A DNA stretch of 62,750 nt, filler included, from Reclinomonas americana ATCC 50394 (taxonomy: Eukaryota): assembly GCA_048213135.1 (NCBI GenBank). It is 4 parts of 2 records of this genome, joined end to end, with 100 filler letters (N's around TTAATTAATTAA, not from the genome) between each part and the next. Parts side by side here need not be neighbours in the genome. Positions count along the whole stretch, not along the records: positions 37,781 to 55,749 come from PS015059.1; 3 more parts are not named here. One strand, 5' to 3'. This document shows positions 38,295 to 49,286 of the stretch, one piece after another; the first letter of the stretch is position 1; each line of letters opens with the position of its first letter. The translations under genes were made by a program, and so were the position numbers. The notes beneath the pieces were generated by a model. That model did no database searches and was not told the origin of the DNA. It saw only the letters and a program-made list of their open reading frames with translations.

Positions 38295-40870
38295 TTTCTC
38301 TTTCATCAAGAAAGAGAAGAAAGAAGACCAGTCTCTCTGTCTCTCATCAAGAAAGAGAAGAGAGAAAATCAGTTTCTATCTCTTCGAATTCTCTCATCAA
38401 GAAAGAGAAGAAAGAAATCACACTCTCTCTCATTCATCAAGAAAGAGAAGAAAGAAGATCAGTCTCTCTCTCACTCATCAAGAAAGAGGAGAAAGGAAAT
38501 CAGTCTCTCTCTCTCACTCATCGAGAAAGAGAAGAAAGATAATCAGTCTCTCTCTCGCTCATCAAGAAAGAGAAGAAGTCTCTCTCCTCTCTCATCAAGA
38601 AAGAGAAGAAAGAAAATCAGACTCTCTCTCACTCACCAAGGAAGAGAAGAAAGAAATTCAGTCTCTCTCCCTCTCTCATCAAGAAAGAGAAGAAAGAAAT
38701 CAGTCTCTCTCTTACTCATCAAGAAAGAGAAGAAAGTTTCTCACCCTCTCAAAGAAAGCCCATGAGAGATGAAAGAAAAGAAAAAGAAGAATCGAGTCAG
38801 GAACCAGAGAGGAGAAGAGAAGAGATGAATCATTCTCCATCTGTGAGAGAGAGTGAGTGAGAGAGAAAATGAAGAGAGAGAAAAGAAATGACCGCCTCTC
38901 TTTGAACCATCCTACAAAACAAATGATAGATCACCGTGGCAAATCAAAGGGCATTACTTTTCTGACCAGGGATGTGGGCATTCTGATGAGAGTGGGAGGG
39001 CTCTATTCACGAAACTCTCTCTGCTGAGCGCACTTCTCTCGCTCAACATGCCGGACGACCGCCTATTTCAACACATTCTGAGAAGGCAAAGAATGGACGA
39101 AGGGAGAGAGTTTATTTCATTCATTCATTCAGAGAGAGTTTCTTTCTTTCAGCAAGAGAGGGAGTTTCTTTCCTTTCTTTCACTGAGAGACAGTTTCTTT
39201 CTTTCTTTCTATCATTCATCAAGAGAGAAAGTTTCTTTCTTTCTTTCTTTGAGAGAGAGGAGTTCCTTTCATCTTTTCTTTCCTTCATCAAGAGAGGGAG
39301 TTTCTTTCTTTCTTTTCTTTCTTTGAGAGTGAGCTTCTTTCAGCAAGAGAGGGAGTTTCTTTCTTTCCTTTCTTTCTTTCATCAAGAGTGAGAGTTTCTT
39401 TTTCTTTCTCTCATCAAGAGAGAGAGTTTGCTTGTTTCTTTCTTTTCTTTCTTTGAGAGACGGAGAGTTTCTTTCTTTCATTGAGAGAGTTTCTTTCTTT
39501 GGTAGACAGAATTTCTTTCTTTTCTTGCATTGAGAGATAGAGTTTCTTCCTCTCTCGCTAGTTACCGATTGGTATACTTAGGTTTCCAGAGTGAGAAACG
39601 ACCAGGAGCCACTTCAATGTCCTTTCAGTTGTCCTGTTCGTTTTCACTNNNNNNNNNNNNNNNNNNNNNNNNNNNNNNNNNNNNNNNNNNNNNNNNNNNN
39701 NNNNNNNNNNNNNNNNNNNNNNNNNNNNNNNNNNNNNNNNNNNNNNNNNNNNNNNNNNNNNNNNNNNNNNNNNNNNNNNNNNNNNNNNNNNNNNNNNNNN
39801 NNNNNNNNNNNNNNNNNNNNNNNNNNNNNNNNNNNNNNNNNNNNNNNNNNNNNNNNNNNNNNNNNNNNNNNNNNNNNNNNNNNNNNNNNNNNNNNNNNNN
39901 NNNNNNNNNNNNNNNNNNNNNNNNNNNNNNNNNNNNNNNNNNNNNNNNNNNNNNNNNNNNNNNNNNNNNNNNNNNNNNNNNNNNNNNNNNNNNNNNNNNN
40001 NNNNNNNNNNNNNNNNNNNNNNNNNNNNNNNNNNNNNNNNNNNNNNNNNNNNNNNNNNNNNNNNNNNNNNNNNNNNNNNNNNNNNNNNNNNNNNNNNNNN
40101 NNNNNNNNNNNNNNNNNNNNNNNNNNNNNNNNNNNNNNNNNNNNNNNNNNNNNNNNNNNNNNNNNNNNNNNNNNNNNNNNNNNNNNNNNNNNNNNNNNNN
40201 NNNNNNNNNNNNNNNNNNNNNNNNNNNNNNNNNNNNNNNNNNNNNNNNNNNNNNNNNNNNNNNNNNNNNNNNNNNNNNNNNNNNNNNNNNNNNNNNNNNN
40301 NNNNNNNNNNNNNNNNNNNNNNNNNNNNGAGAGAGTGGTGAAGGGAAAGGGAGGGAGCGAAACGACCTCCCTTTCTTTTCATTTCTTTCTTTCAGAGAGA
40401 GAGAGAGTTCCTTTCTTTTCTTTCATTGAGAGAGAGTTTCTTTCTTTTCTTTCTTTCTTCGAGAGAGTTTCCTTCCTTTCTTTCCTTGAGAGAGAGTCTC
40501 ATTCTTTCTTTCATAGGATGTGATTTCCTTTCCTTTCTTTCACAGAGAGAGAGTGTCTCTTTCTTTCTTTCTTTCATTCATCAAGAGAGAGTTTCCTTCA
40601 TTCTTGCTGAGAGCGAGAGTTTCTTTCTTTTCCTTCTTTCATCGAGAGAGAGTTTTGAAGGGAGAGGGAGGGAGTTTTCTTTCAGCAAGAGAGAGAGAGA
40701 GTTTCTTTCTTTCTTTCTTTCATTCCGAGAGAGAGTTTCTTTCTTTCTTTTCTTTCATGCAGAGAGAGACTGAATTTTTCCTTTCTTTCATGAAGAGAGA
40801 GAGTTTCTTTCTTTCTCTTTCTTTCCAGTGAGAGAGAGTTTCTTTCTTTCTTTCTTTCTTTGAGAGAGAG
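38295..40870. repeat. AT-richer low-complexity minisatellites (tcatcaagaaagagaagaaagaaatcagtctctct; tcatcaagagagagagtttctttct)
   Basis: ~40 bp units at 38300-38760; related CT-rich units at 39110-39540 and 40390-40870, spanning a gap. Confidence 0.85.
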
Positions 40871-41716
40871 NNNNNNNNNNNNNNNNNNNNNNNNNNNNNN
40901 NNNNNNNNNNNNNNNNNNNNNNNNNNNNNNNNNNNNNNNNNNNNNNNNNNNNNNNNNNNNNNNNNNNNNNNNNNNNNNNNNNNNNNNNNNNNNNNNNNNN
41001 NNNNNNNNNNNNNNNNNNNNNNNNNNNNNNNNNNNNNNNNNNNNNNNNNNNNNNNNNNNNNNNNNNNNNNNNNNNNNNNNNNNNNNNNNNNNNNNNNNNN
41101 NNNNNNNNNNNNNNNNNNNNNNNNNNNNNNNNNNNNNNNNNNNNNNNNNNNNNNNNNNNNNNNNNNNNNNNNNNNNNNNNNNNNNNNNNNNNNNNNNNNN
41201 NNNNNNNNNNNNNNNNNNNNNNNNNNNNNNNNNNNNNNNNNNNNNNNNNNNNNNNNNNNNNNNNNNNNNNNNNNNNNNNNNNNNNNNNNNNNNNNNNNNN
41301 NNNNNNNNNNNNNNNNNNNNNNNNNNNNNNNNNNNNNNNNNNNNNNNNNNNNNNNNNNNNNNNNNNNNNNNNNNATTAGTAAAGTTGTTGTTGTTGCAAT
41401 GCAGTGTCGACGTCCGCTTCTCCTATTCTGCCTTGCACAAAGGCGATCAACGAGAGCAGCTCGCACGGAGACACACGCACGCACAAGTCTAGTGAACAGT
41501 GAGAGAGAGCAGGTGGTGAGGTGCATGTGCAGCGTGCGCACACAACAAAGCACTTCATTCGCCACGAACTCAATATCGGGAGAACAGCAGCTGGTATTTC
41601 TGTGTCCGCTTGCTTCACGTCGACTGCCACGGGCTTCAAAGGAGGTGATATAACCAGGCAACAGCGAGAGCCTACGCCGTAAGCATCCACTAGGTTTCTC
41701 GTCTCGTCTCTCTCCC

Positions 41717-41868
41717 TCTCCTCTTCCCTCCCTCTTCCCTCTTCCCTCTTCCCTCTCCCTCTTCCCTCTTCCCTCTTCCCTCTTCCCTCTTCCCTCTTCC
41801 CTCTTCCCTCTTCCCTCTTCCCTCTTCCCTCTTCCCTCTTCCCTCTTCCCTCTTCCCTCTTCCCTCTC
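41717..41868. repeat. (CTTCCCT)n heptamer satellite
   Basis: About 20 near-perfect copies. Confidence 0.95.
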
Positions 41869-42098
41869 CTTTTCCCTCCCTCCCCCCATCAATTATCATC
41901 GCAAAACAACGTTACACTTCTTCATCATGGGAAGTCGGCAAAAATTGCACACAGACGCACAACCCCACCCCCACAAGAAGAGGAGGGGTAAAACGCCTGC
42001 ACGCAACAAGCAGCAAAACAGCAAACACACAAAGGAAAAACACCAAAACGGGAAAACAAAGTCTACCCCCACCACTCTCCACTCTCTCACACACATTA

Positions 42099-43814
42099 TT
42101 ACTGGCACAGGTACTCGGCCTCAATCACGCGGAAGGCCACGCACGAGCCGCTCTCAAAGTCGGTCACGTCAGCCCAGCAAGCGCCCAGACCGTTGCAACG
42201 GGCCGAGATCTGGGTCTTGAGGTCGACAACAGTGCTGCAACCCTGGCCCGGCAGAGGAGCGCTGCAGCCGTCCGACTGGTCGGCCGGGCGAATGCGGGCA
42301 CCCTGAATCGCAATCTTGCCCGAGCCGTGGCAGTTGAGGTCCATGGCGAAGCCACCGCAGGCGCGAGCGCGCTGAATGTCGGGGCTCGGGGTCGGGGTCG
42401 GGGTCGGGGTCGGTGGCGGTGGCGGCGGTGGCGGCGGGGCGGCAGCGGCAACGCAAGCATAGTCGGTCTCGAGCACGAGGTACTTGTTGCACTCGGTCGA
42501 GTCGAAGCTCGAGCTCGACGCCGTGCACGTCTGCTTGCCCGAGCAGCGGTCAGACACCTTCACCGTCACGTCGGTCAGCACGCAGGTCGACGGGTAGTAG
42601 TGGTACGGGGCGCCATTGTAGTTGTTGTAGTTGTAGTTGTAGTTGTTGTTGCCACCGTAGGGGAAGCCACCGTAGAAGTTGTTGTAGGGGAAGCCACCAT
42701 AGGGGAAGCCGCCGAGGTAGCCATTGTAGCCGTTGTAGCCAGTGAAGCCCTGGAAGCCGTTGAAGCCGTTGTAGCCGGGGAAGCCAGTGAAGGGGAAGCC
42801 GCCATAGGTCGGGTATCCCTGGCTGTTGTAGAGAGGCACAGGGCAGTTGTCGGCGTTGTTGGTCGAGTAGTTCTGGCCGTACGTGTACGTGGCCAGCGGC
42901 TGCACTGGGCGCAGGTTGGCGCGGCTCACAGTGATAATCTGGTTCGCCTGGCAGGTGATCGTCAGCTGCGCCTGAGGGCACGCCTTGACGCGGGTCTGGC
43001 CGACAGCCGGCGCCGGCAGCACGTACGGGTACGTGTACGGCACGTTCGGGTAGTACGGCAGGGTCGGGTAGGACGCTGGAAAGGGGGGAAGGGTGTGGTG
43101 AGCAAGAGGGTGGGGGGAGAAGTGAAGGGTGTGAAGGAGGAGACGCAACGCTGCTGCGGCTGGGTCGGCTGCTGCGGGAAGTACGGCAGCTGCGGGTACT
43201 GCTGCGGGTAGCCACCATAGTAGTTGTTCAGGCCACCATAGTAGTTATTGAGGCCACCACCATAGGCACCACCGGCACCGTAGTAGTTGTTGTTGCCACC
43301 AAAGTTGGTGTAGCTACCCGGGCGGTAGGCACCATAGGCGCTGCCGTAGTAGTTGCTCGGCGAGTAGGCGCCGGGGCGGTAGGCCTGCAGCGAGGTGTAG
43401 GGGGCGTAGGCGTTGTAGTTGTTGTAGTTGCCGCCGTAGAGGTTGTCGTACGGGTTGCCAGCACCACCAAAGCCGCCGTATGCGCCGCCGTAGGCGCCGC
43501 CGTAGAGCGAGGCTGGGGGGGAGAGGGTGGTGAGGGGGTGGGAGGGGGAGGGAGGGGGAGGGAGAGAGAGAGAGAGAAGAAAAAAAAAGAGGGTGCAAGA
43601 GTGTGCAAGAGAGAGGAAGAGTGTGCAATGTGCAAGACAAGAGTGTGCAGGAGAGAGAGAGAAGAGGGTGCAAGAGGGTGCAAGAGAGAGAGAGAAGAGT
43701 GTGCAAGAGAGTGCAAGAGTGAGAGAGAAGAGTGTGCAAGAGAGTGCAAGAGTGAGAGAGAAGAGTGTGCAAGAGAGTGCAAGAGTGAGAGAGAAGAGTG
43801 TGCAAGAGTGCAAG

Positions 43815-43851
<37 letters not shown>

Positions 43852-43949
43852 AGACGGAGAAACGAAAATGAGGAAGAAAGATTGGTTGACGACAAATATG
43901 TGAGACAAGTCAGGAAAGAACTGCAAGAGGATGCACTGGTACAGGAGGC

Positions 43950-44006
<57 letters not shown>

Positions 44007-44289
44007 ATTGTCATATACTGACAAATAACCGAAACTGAGGTGTGCGTCCCGAGTGTCCCGAGTGCAGTGTGCAAGAAAGAAAGAGAGACGGGAAGACACC
44101 AACGACACCAACGACAGCAAGGGGTGTGGCTGACAGAGACACGACGAGGGGTACAGGGAGGGAGGGAGGGAGGAGGAGGGACGACCATGAAATCACACAC
44201 TCACCAGTTGCGGAGTCTTGGGCGGCAACAAGAGGGGCCACCACACAGACCAACGCGAGAAGGATCGCAACAGAAGAAGACCTGGTCAT
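42099..44289 (-). CDS. Secreted protein: signal peptide, G/Y/N-rich region, two SUEL/Gal_lectin-like domains joined by a Pro/Thr linker
   Basis: Exons 44289-44205 (MTRSSSVAILLALVCVVAPLVAAQDSAT), 43512-43150 and 43075-42099 join in phase 1. Cys pattern AC...LTITC...C...C...DVTVKVSDRCSGKQTC...FDSTECNKYLVLETDYAC is typical of SUEL-type domains. Confidence 0.85.
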
Positions 44290-45085
44290 TGAGTAAGGAG
44301 GTTTCCTTTTCTCCAAGCCACAAGTCGAAAGATTTATGCCACTGACAACGAAACGAAATTCGCCTGATGAATCGGAGATTGGACAAAAAACCGTCCAAAG
44401 TAATGTGACAAAAGAATGGTTAGACAGGCCGTTAGACAAAGAAAAGACAGTGAACTGAAGACGGAGACGGAGAGTAAGGCGGAGAAGGCGGCGAAGGGGG
44501 AGGCCATCTGGCCCGAGGGCCTCCAGTTTACGGAACTTGTCCAAATCAAACATACTGGAAATTTACTGCCTTACTGAATAGTTTTGCAATGTTTGGCGGT
44601 GGCGCACGGGGGGCGGGGTGGGGGAGGGGGAAGGAAGCGCAAGTGTGTTGAAAGAAGAACTTTTGCAGCTTTGATATGTCACGAATCAAGTATTATGCGG
44701 AAACTGGCAATTGCAATATTCCTCCCGATGTGGGAAAAGGAGGAGAGGGATCCAAGAGGAGAAGGAAGGGAGTGGAAGTGAGATGCGGTGAGTGACAAGA
44801 GGGGAGCTGGCTGCAGTCAAATAGATACCCGGGCGGTGATGCTCCCACCCTGACGATATGTGCAATTAATATTGGAATGAAGTGTTTTTTGGGTACTCTT
44901 TCTTGTGAACAGATTCCTTTGTTTCTTGCAGGCTTTATTCTTTTGTGCACGTGCGAGCGTGTCTCACTTCAAGTCAACGTCATCGTCGACGTCCAGTCGT
45001 CAGCAAGAATCGTCCAGCTGCAGGCCCGTCGAAATAAAAATCTCGCAGCATCTCAATCTGCATCTCGTCGTCGCGCACACACCAC

Positions 45086-46163
45086 ATGACCTCCCCCTCC
45101 CCCTCCCCCCTCCCTCCCCCACAAATGCCTCCGCGGCCACACCGACACCGTGCGTTCCGTGGCCATCACTCCCGACGGCCAGCACATTGTGAGCGGCGGG
45201 CCTTGATTCAACCCTCCGAGTGTGGTCACTGACGGCCGGGAACGAGGCGGAGATGCGGCGGCTGGAGGGACACACGGATGCGGTGAATTCTGTTGCCGTC
45301 ACCGCAGATGGACAGCGCATTGTGAGTGGGGGCGATGACTCGATTGTGCGCGTGTGGTCGCTGGCGAGTGGAGGGGCACGTGTGGGGCGTGTGTTCTGTT
45401 GCCGTCACTCCCGATGGTCAACACGTTGTGAGCGGGGGTGGAGACCACACTGTGCGTGTGTGGTCGCTGGCGAGTGGCGAGGAAGTTCGGCAGTTGGAGG
45501 GCCACACAAGCACTGTTGGTTCTGTCGCCGTTACTCCTGATGGGGAGCGCATCGTGAGTGGCAGCTGGGATAACACTGTGCGCGTGTGGTCGCTGGCGAG
45601 TGGAGAAGAAGTGCAACGAATGGAGGGACACACTTTCTGGGTGCGCTCTGTCGCCGTCACTCCCGACGGCCGGCACGTTGTTAGCGGAGGTGCTGACGTC
45701 GACGACACTGTGCGCGTGTGGTCTCTGGCGAGCGGAGAAGAAGTGCGACGATGGGCGTGGCACACTGGGTGGGTGCAGTCTGTCGTCGTTACTCCCGATG
45801 GTGAGTGGGAGTAATGACAAACTGGTGTCTGTGTGGTCACTGGCGACGGGAGAGGAGGTGCGACGATTGGAGGGCCACATGGCTGTGGTGTGGTCAGTCG
45901 CCATCTCGTCGGATGGTCAGCATGTGGTGAGCGGAAGTGTTGACCATACGGTGCGAGTGTGGTCCACACCGTGTGGCCTCGCTCGGCAGGAGCTCGATCG
46001 TGCGCGAGCGGCAATGCATGCTGTGCAGGAGATGCTGCTGCAGGATGAGGAGGAGGAGGAGGATCCACGTTGCCTGCCGGAGCTGGTGCTGCGGTGCTTC
46101 TTGGTCGAGGAGGCAGAGGTGGTCCTGTATCGCTGCGCCACTAACACCAGCCTCGGATTGTGA
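45086..46163 (+). pseudogene. WD40-tail family plus-strand copy A, frameshifted
   Basis: Starts MTSPSP like copies B and C. Frameshifts near 45120 and 45200 and deletions near 45373 and 45800; the tail is intact (...RCLPELVLRCFLVEEAEVVLYRCATNTSLGL*). Confidence 0.85.
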
Positions 46164-46309
46164 ACGTGGGGGTTTTCTCTATGCTTGCTTTATTGTTTCT
46201 TGTGGTCCGCGTTTTCTCTGTTGTGCTGCGCTGCTGAGGCGCAGGTCGTTGTTGATCGGTGAATGTGGGTGTTTTTCTTTGTTTTCTTTGATGTTTTGTT
46301 GTCGAGTTC

Positions 46310-47272
46310 TGGTCCACGCCTTGCGGCCTCGCTCGGCAGGAGCTCGATTGTGCACGAGCGGCAATGCATGCTGTGCAGGAGATGCTGGAGGAGGATGAGG
46401 AGAAGGAGGATGATCCACGTTGCCTGCCGGAACTGGTGCTGCGGTGCTTCTTGGTTGAGGAGGCAGAGGTGGTCCTGCATCGCTGCGCCACTAACACCAG
46501 CCTCGGATTGTGAATGTCGGTGGGGGTTTCTCTCTTACTTGCTTTATTGTTTCTTGTAGTCCGCGTTTTCTCAGAAGTTGTTGTGCTGCGCTGCTGAGGC
46601 GCATGTTGTTGTGGATCGGTGAATGTGGGTGTTTTCTCTTTGTTTTCTTTGATGTTTGTCGTCGAGTCCGGTCCACGCCTTGCGGCCTCGCTCGGCTGGA
46701 GCTCCATTGTGCACGAGCGGCAATGCACGCTGTGCAATAGATGCTGCAGGAGGAGGAGGAGGAGGAGGATCCACGTTGCCTCCCGCAGCTGATGCTGCGG
46801 TGCTTCTTGGTTGAGGAGGCTGGGGGTTTTTCTCTTGTTTGCTTTCTCGTTGTTTTCCTTTCCGCTTGTTGTCCGTGTTGCCTCTCGGTGCGACAATCTT
46901 TGTACGATGTTTCTTGGTCGAGGAAGCCGAGGTTGCTCTGTATCGCTGCGCCTCTAACACCAGCCTCGGATTGTGAACATGGGTGGGGTTTCTCTTTGCT
47001 TGCATTCTCGTTTCTTGTGGTCCGCGTTTTCTCAGAAGTTGTTGTGCTGCGCTGCTGAGGCGCATGTTGTTGTGGATCGGTGAATGTGGGTGTTCCCGCA
47101 GCTGGTGCTAAGCTGCTCCTTGTTCAATCGCTGTCTAGCGGTTTCTCTCTTTGTTTGCTTTCTCGTTTTTCCCTTTCCGCTTGCGGTGCGTGTTGCCTCT
47201 CGGCGCGACAATCTTTGTGCGATGTTTCTTGGTCGAGGAAGCCGAGGTTGCGCTGCATCGCTCCGATTTGTG
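46310..47272 (+). repeat. Tandem duplications (~360 bp) of the C-terminal tail module plus 3' flank
   Basis: 46310-46513 is an uninterrupted WSTPCGLARQELDCARAAM...TSLGL* frame. 46670-46820 has an internal stop. Further partial copies lie near 46905-46975 and 47220-47272. Confidence 0.88.
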
Positions 47273-47462
47273 AATGTGGGTTTTAAAGCTTGCTTTCTTT
47301 CAGGTCTCCAATTCTTTTGTGCCTGCGCTCTCGTCTTCATAGTGTATGATATGGAGTGTAGACTCCAGTGCCGCAGAGCGTGCCACACTTCAAGTCAACA
47401 TCATCGTCGACGTCGTCAACAAGAAAAAATCGTCCCCCACAATCTCTCCTTCGTCACACACC

Positions 47463-48542
47463 ATGACCTCCCCCTCCCCTCCCCCCTCCCTCCCCTTCAA
47501 GTGCCTGCGTGGACACACCGGCACGGTGTACTCCGTCGCCGTCACTCCCAACGGCCAGCACGTGGTGAGTGGGAGTCGCGATTCCACTCTCCGAGTGTGG
47601 TCACTGGCGAGTGGCGAGGAGGTGCGACGACTGGAGGGTCACAAGGATGTGGTGTGGGCCGTCGCCGTCACTCCCGACGGTCAGCACGTGGTGAGTGGGA
47701 GCGAAGATAAGACAGTGCGAGTGTGGTCACTGGCGACAGGGGAGGAGGTTCGACGGCTGGAGGGACACACTGGCTGGGTGTGGTATGTTGCCGTCACCGC
47801 TGATGGTCAGCACATCGTCAGTGAAAGCAAGGACAAGACCGTGCGGGTGTGGTCACTGGCGAGTGGAGAACAAGTGCGACAACTGCGGTTGGAATTCTGC
47901 ACTCTCTCTCCCGATGGCCAGTACGTGGTCAGTGCGAGTGAGGATGGAACAGTGTGCGTGTGGTCGCTGGCGAGTGGTGAAGAGGTGCGACGACTGGAGC
48001 GCACCAGCAGGGCATTCTCCGTTGTGGTCGCCCCCGATGGCCTTCATTGTGCGAGCGCGAGTGACCACATGACAGTGTGCGTGTGGTCACTGGCGAGTGG
48101 CGAAGATGTGCGACGGCTGGAGGGGCACATGGGGTGGGTGACAGCCATCACCATCACTGCTGACGGGCAGTACGTTGTGAGTGGCGGTCAAGATGGAAGC
48201 GTGCGAGTGTGGTCGATGGCGACGGGAGAAGAGGTGCGCCGAATGGGGGGACACGTGGGTGTAGTGCTGTCTGTCGCCGTCACCCCCGATGGTCAGCACA
48301 TTGCGAGCGGCAGTCTTGACCAGACGGTGCGCGTGTGGTCCACTCCGTACGGCCTCGCTCGGCAGGAGCTCGATTGTGCGCGAGCGGCCATGCGCGCGGT
48401 GCAAGAGATAATGGAGGTGGAGGAGGAAGAGGATGAGGAGGATCCGCGTTGCCTGCCAGAGTTGGTGCTGCGATGCTTCTTGGTCGAGGATGCCGAGGTT
48501 GTTCTTCATTGGTGTTCAGTCGACGCCAGCCTCCGACTGTGA
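47463..48542 (+). CDS. WD40-tail family plus-strand copy B, 7 repeats, intronless
   Basis: Open frame MTSPSPPPSLPFKCLRGHTGTVYSV...WSTPYGLARQELDCARAAMRAVQE...RCLPELVLRCFLVEDAEVV... Confidence 0.92.
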   Translation: MTSPSPPPSLPFKCLRGHTGTVYSVAVTPNGQHVVSGSRDSTLRVWSLASGEEVRRLEGHKDVVWAVAVTPDGQHVVSGSEDKTVRVWSLATGEEVRRLEGHTGWVWYVAVTADGQHIVSESKDKTVRVWSLASGEQVRQLRLEFCTLSPDGQYVVSASEDGTVCVWSLASGEEVRRLERTSRAFSVVVAPDGLHCASASDHMTVCVWSLASGEDVRRLEGHMGWVTAITITADGQYVVSGGQDGSVRVWSMATGEEVRRMGGHVGVVLSVAVTPDGQHIASGSLDQTVRVWSTPYGLARQELDCARAAMRAVQEIMEVEEEEDEEDPRCLPELVLRCFLVEDAEVVLHWCSVDASLRL

Positions 48543-49286
48543 AATGTCGGGGGTTTCTGTTTGCTTGCGCTCGTGTGGTAGAGAAGAAGTGCTCTTGTCT
48601 GAATATGATTCGAGTTCTCGCGACTTGTTCAACGCACCGAGAGTGAACATTCATTCACACACAAGAAAACCTGCCATCCGTCCTCAAGATCGACGTGGAA
48701 CTCCCTTCCCGAAATCAACGTCGCCGTCGTGCGTGCCTCTTTCCGTACCCTGCGCTTCTACTCACAATGCACCCCTGTGTCACACTACGAGACTCGCACT
48801 TGTTGCAGCGTAAAAGAAAAAACAAAAACACAGTGCACTTCGCATCTCTGTCCCTCCTTTTTCTCCGGTCCTTCTCCCTTTACACGGGGGGGTGNNNNNN
48901 NNNNNNNNNNNNNNNNNNNNNNNNNNNNNNNNNNNNNNNNNNNNNNNNNNNNNNNNNNNNNNNNNNNNNNNNNNNNNNNNNNNNNNNNNNNNNNNNNNNN
49001 NNNNNNNNNNNNNNNNNNNNNNNNNNNNNNNNNNNNNNNNNNNNNNNNNNNNNNNNNNNNNNNNNNNNNNNNNNNNNNNNNNNNNNNNNNNNNNNNNNNN
49101 NNNNNNNNNNNNNNNNNNNNNNNNNNNNNNNNNNNNNNNNNNNNNNNNNNNNNNNNNNNNNNNNNNNNNNNNNNNNNNNNNNNNNNNNNNNNNNNNNNNN
49201 NNNNNNNNNNNNNNNNNNNNNNNNNNNNNNNNNNNNNNNNNNNNNNNNNNNNNNNNNNNNNNNCCACCCCCCCTTACACACACATC

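Noticed and set aside
37950-39030. Hammerhead ribozyme (CUGAUGA...GAAA) in the duplicated motif
   Set aside because: Stem II is poorly paired and I could not find an NUH cleavage triplet with compatible stems I and III in either copy.
41717-41868. (CCCTCTT)n as an interstitial telomere
   Set aside because: It is a pure purine/pyrimidine satellite similar to the many GA-rich tracts in this genome, with no independent support for a telomeric origin.
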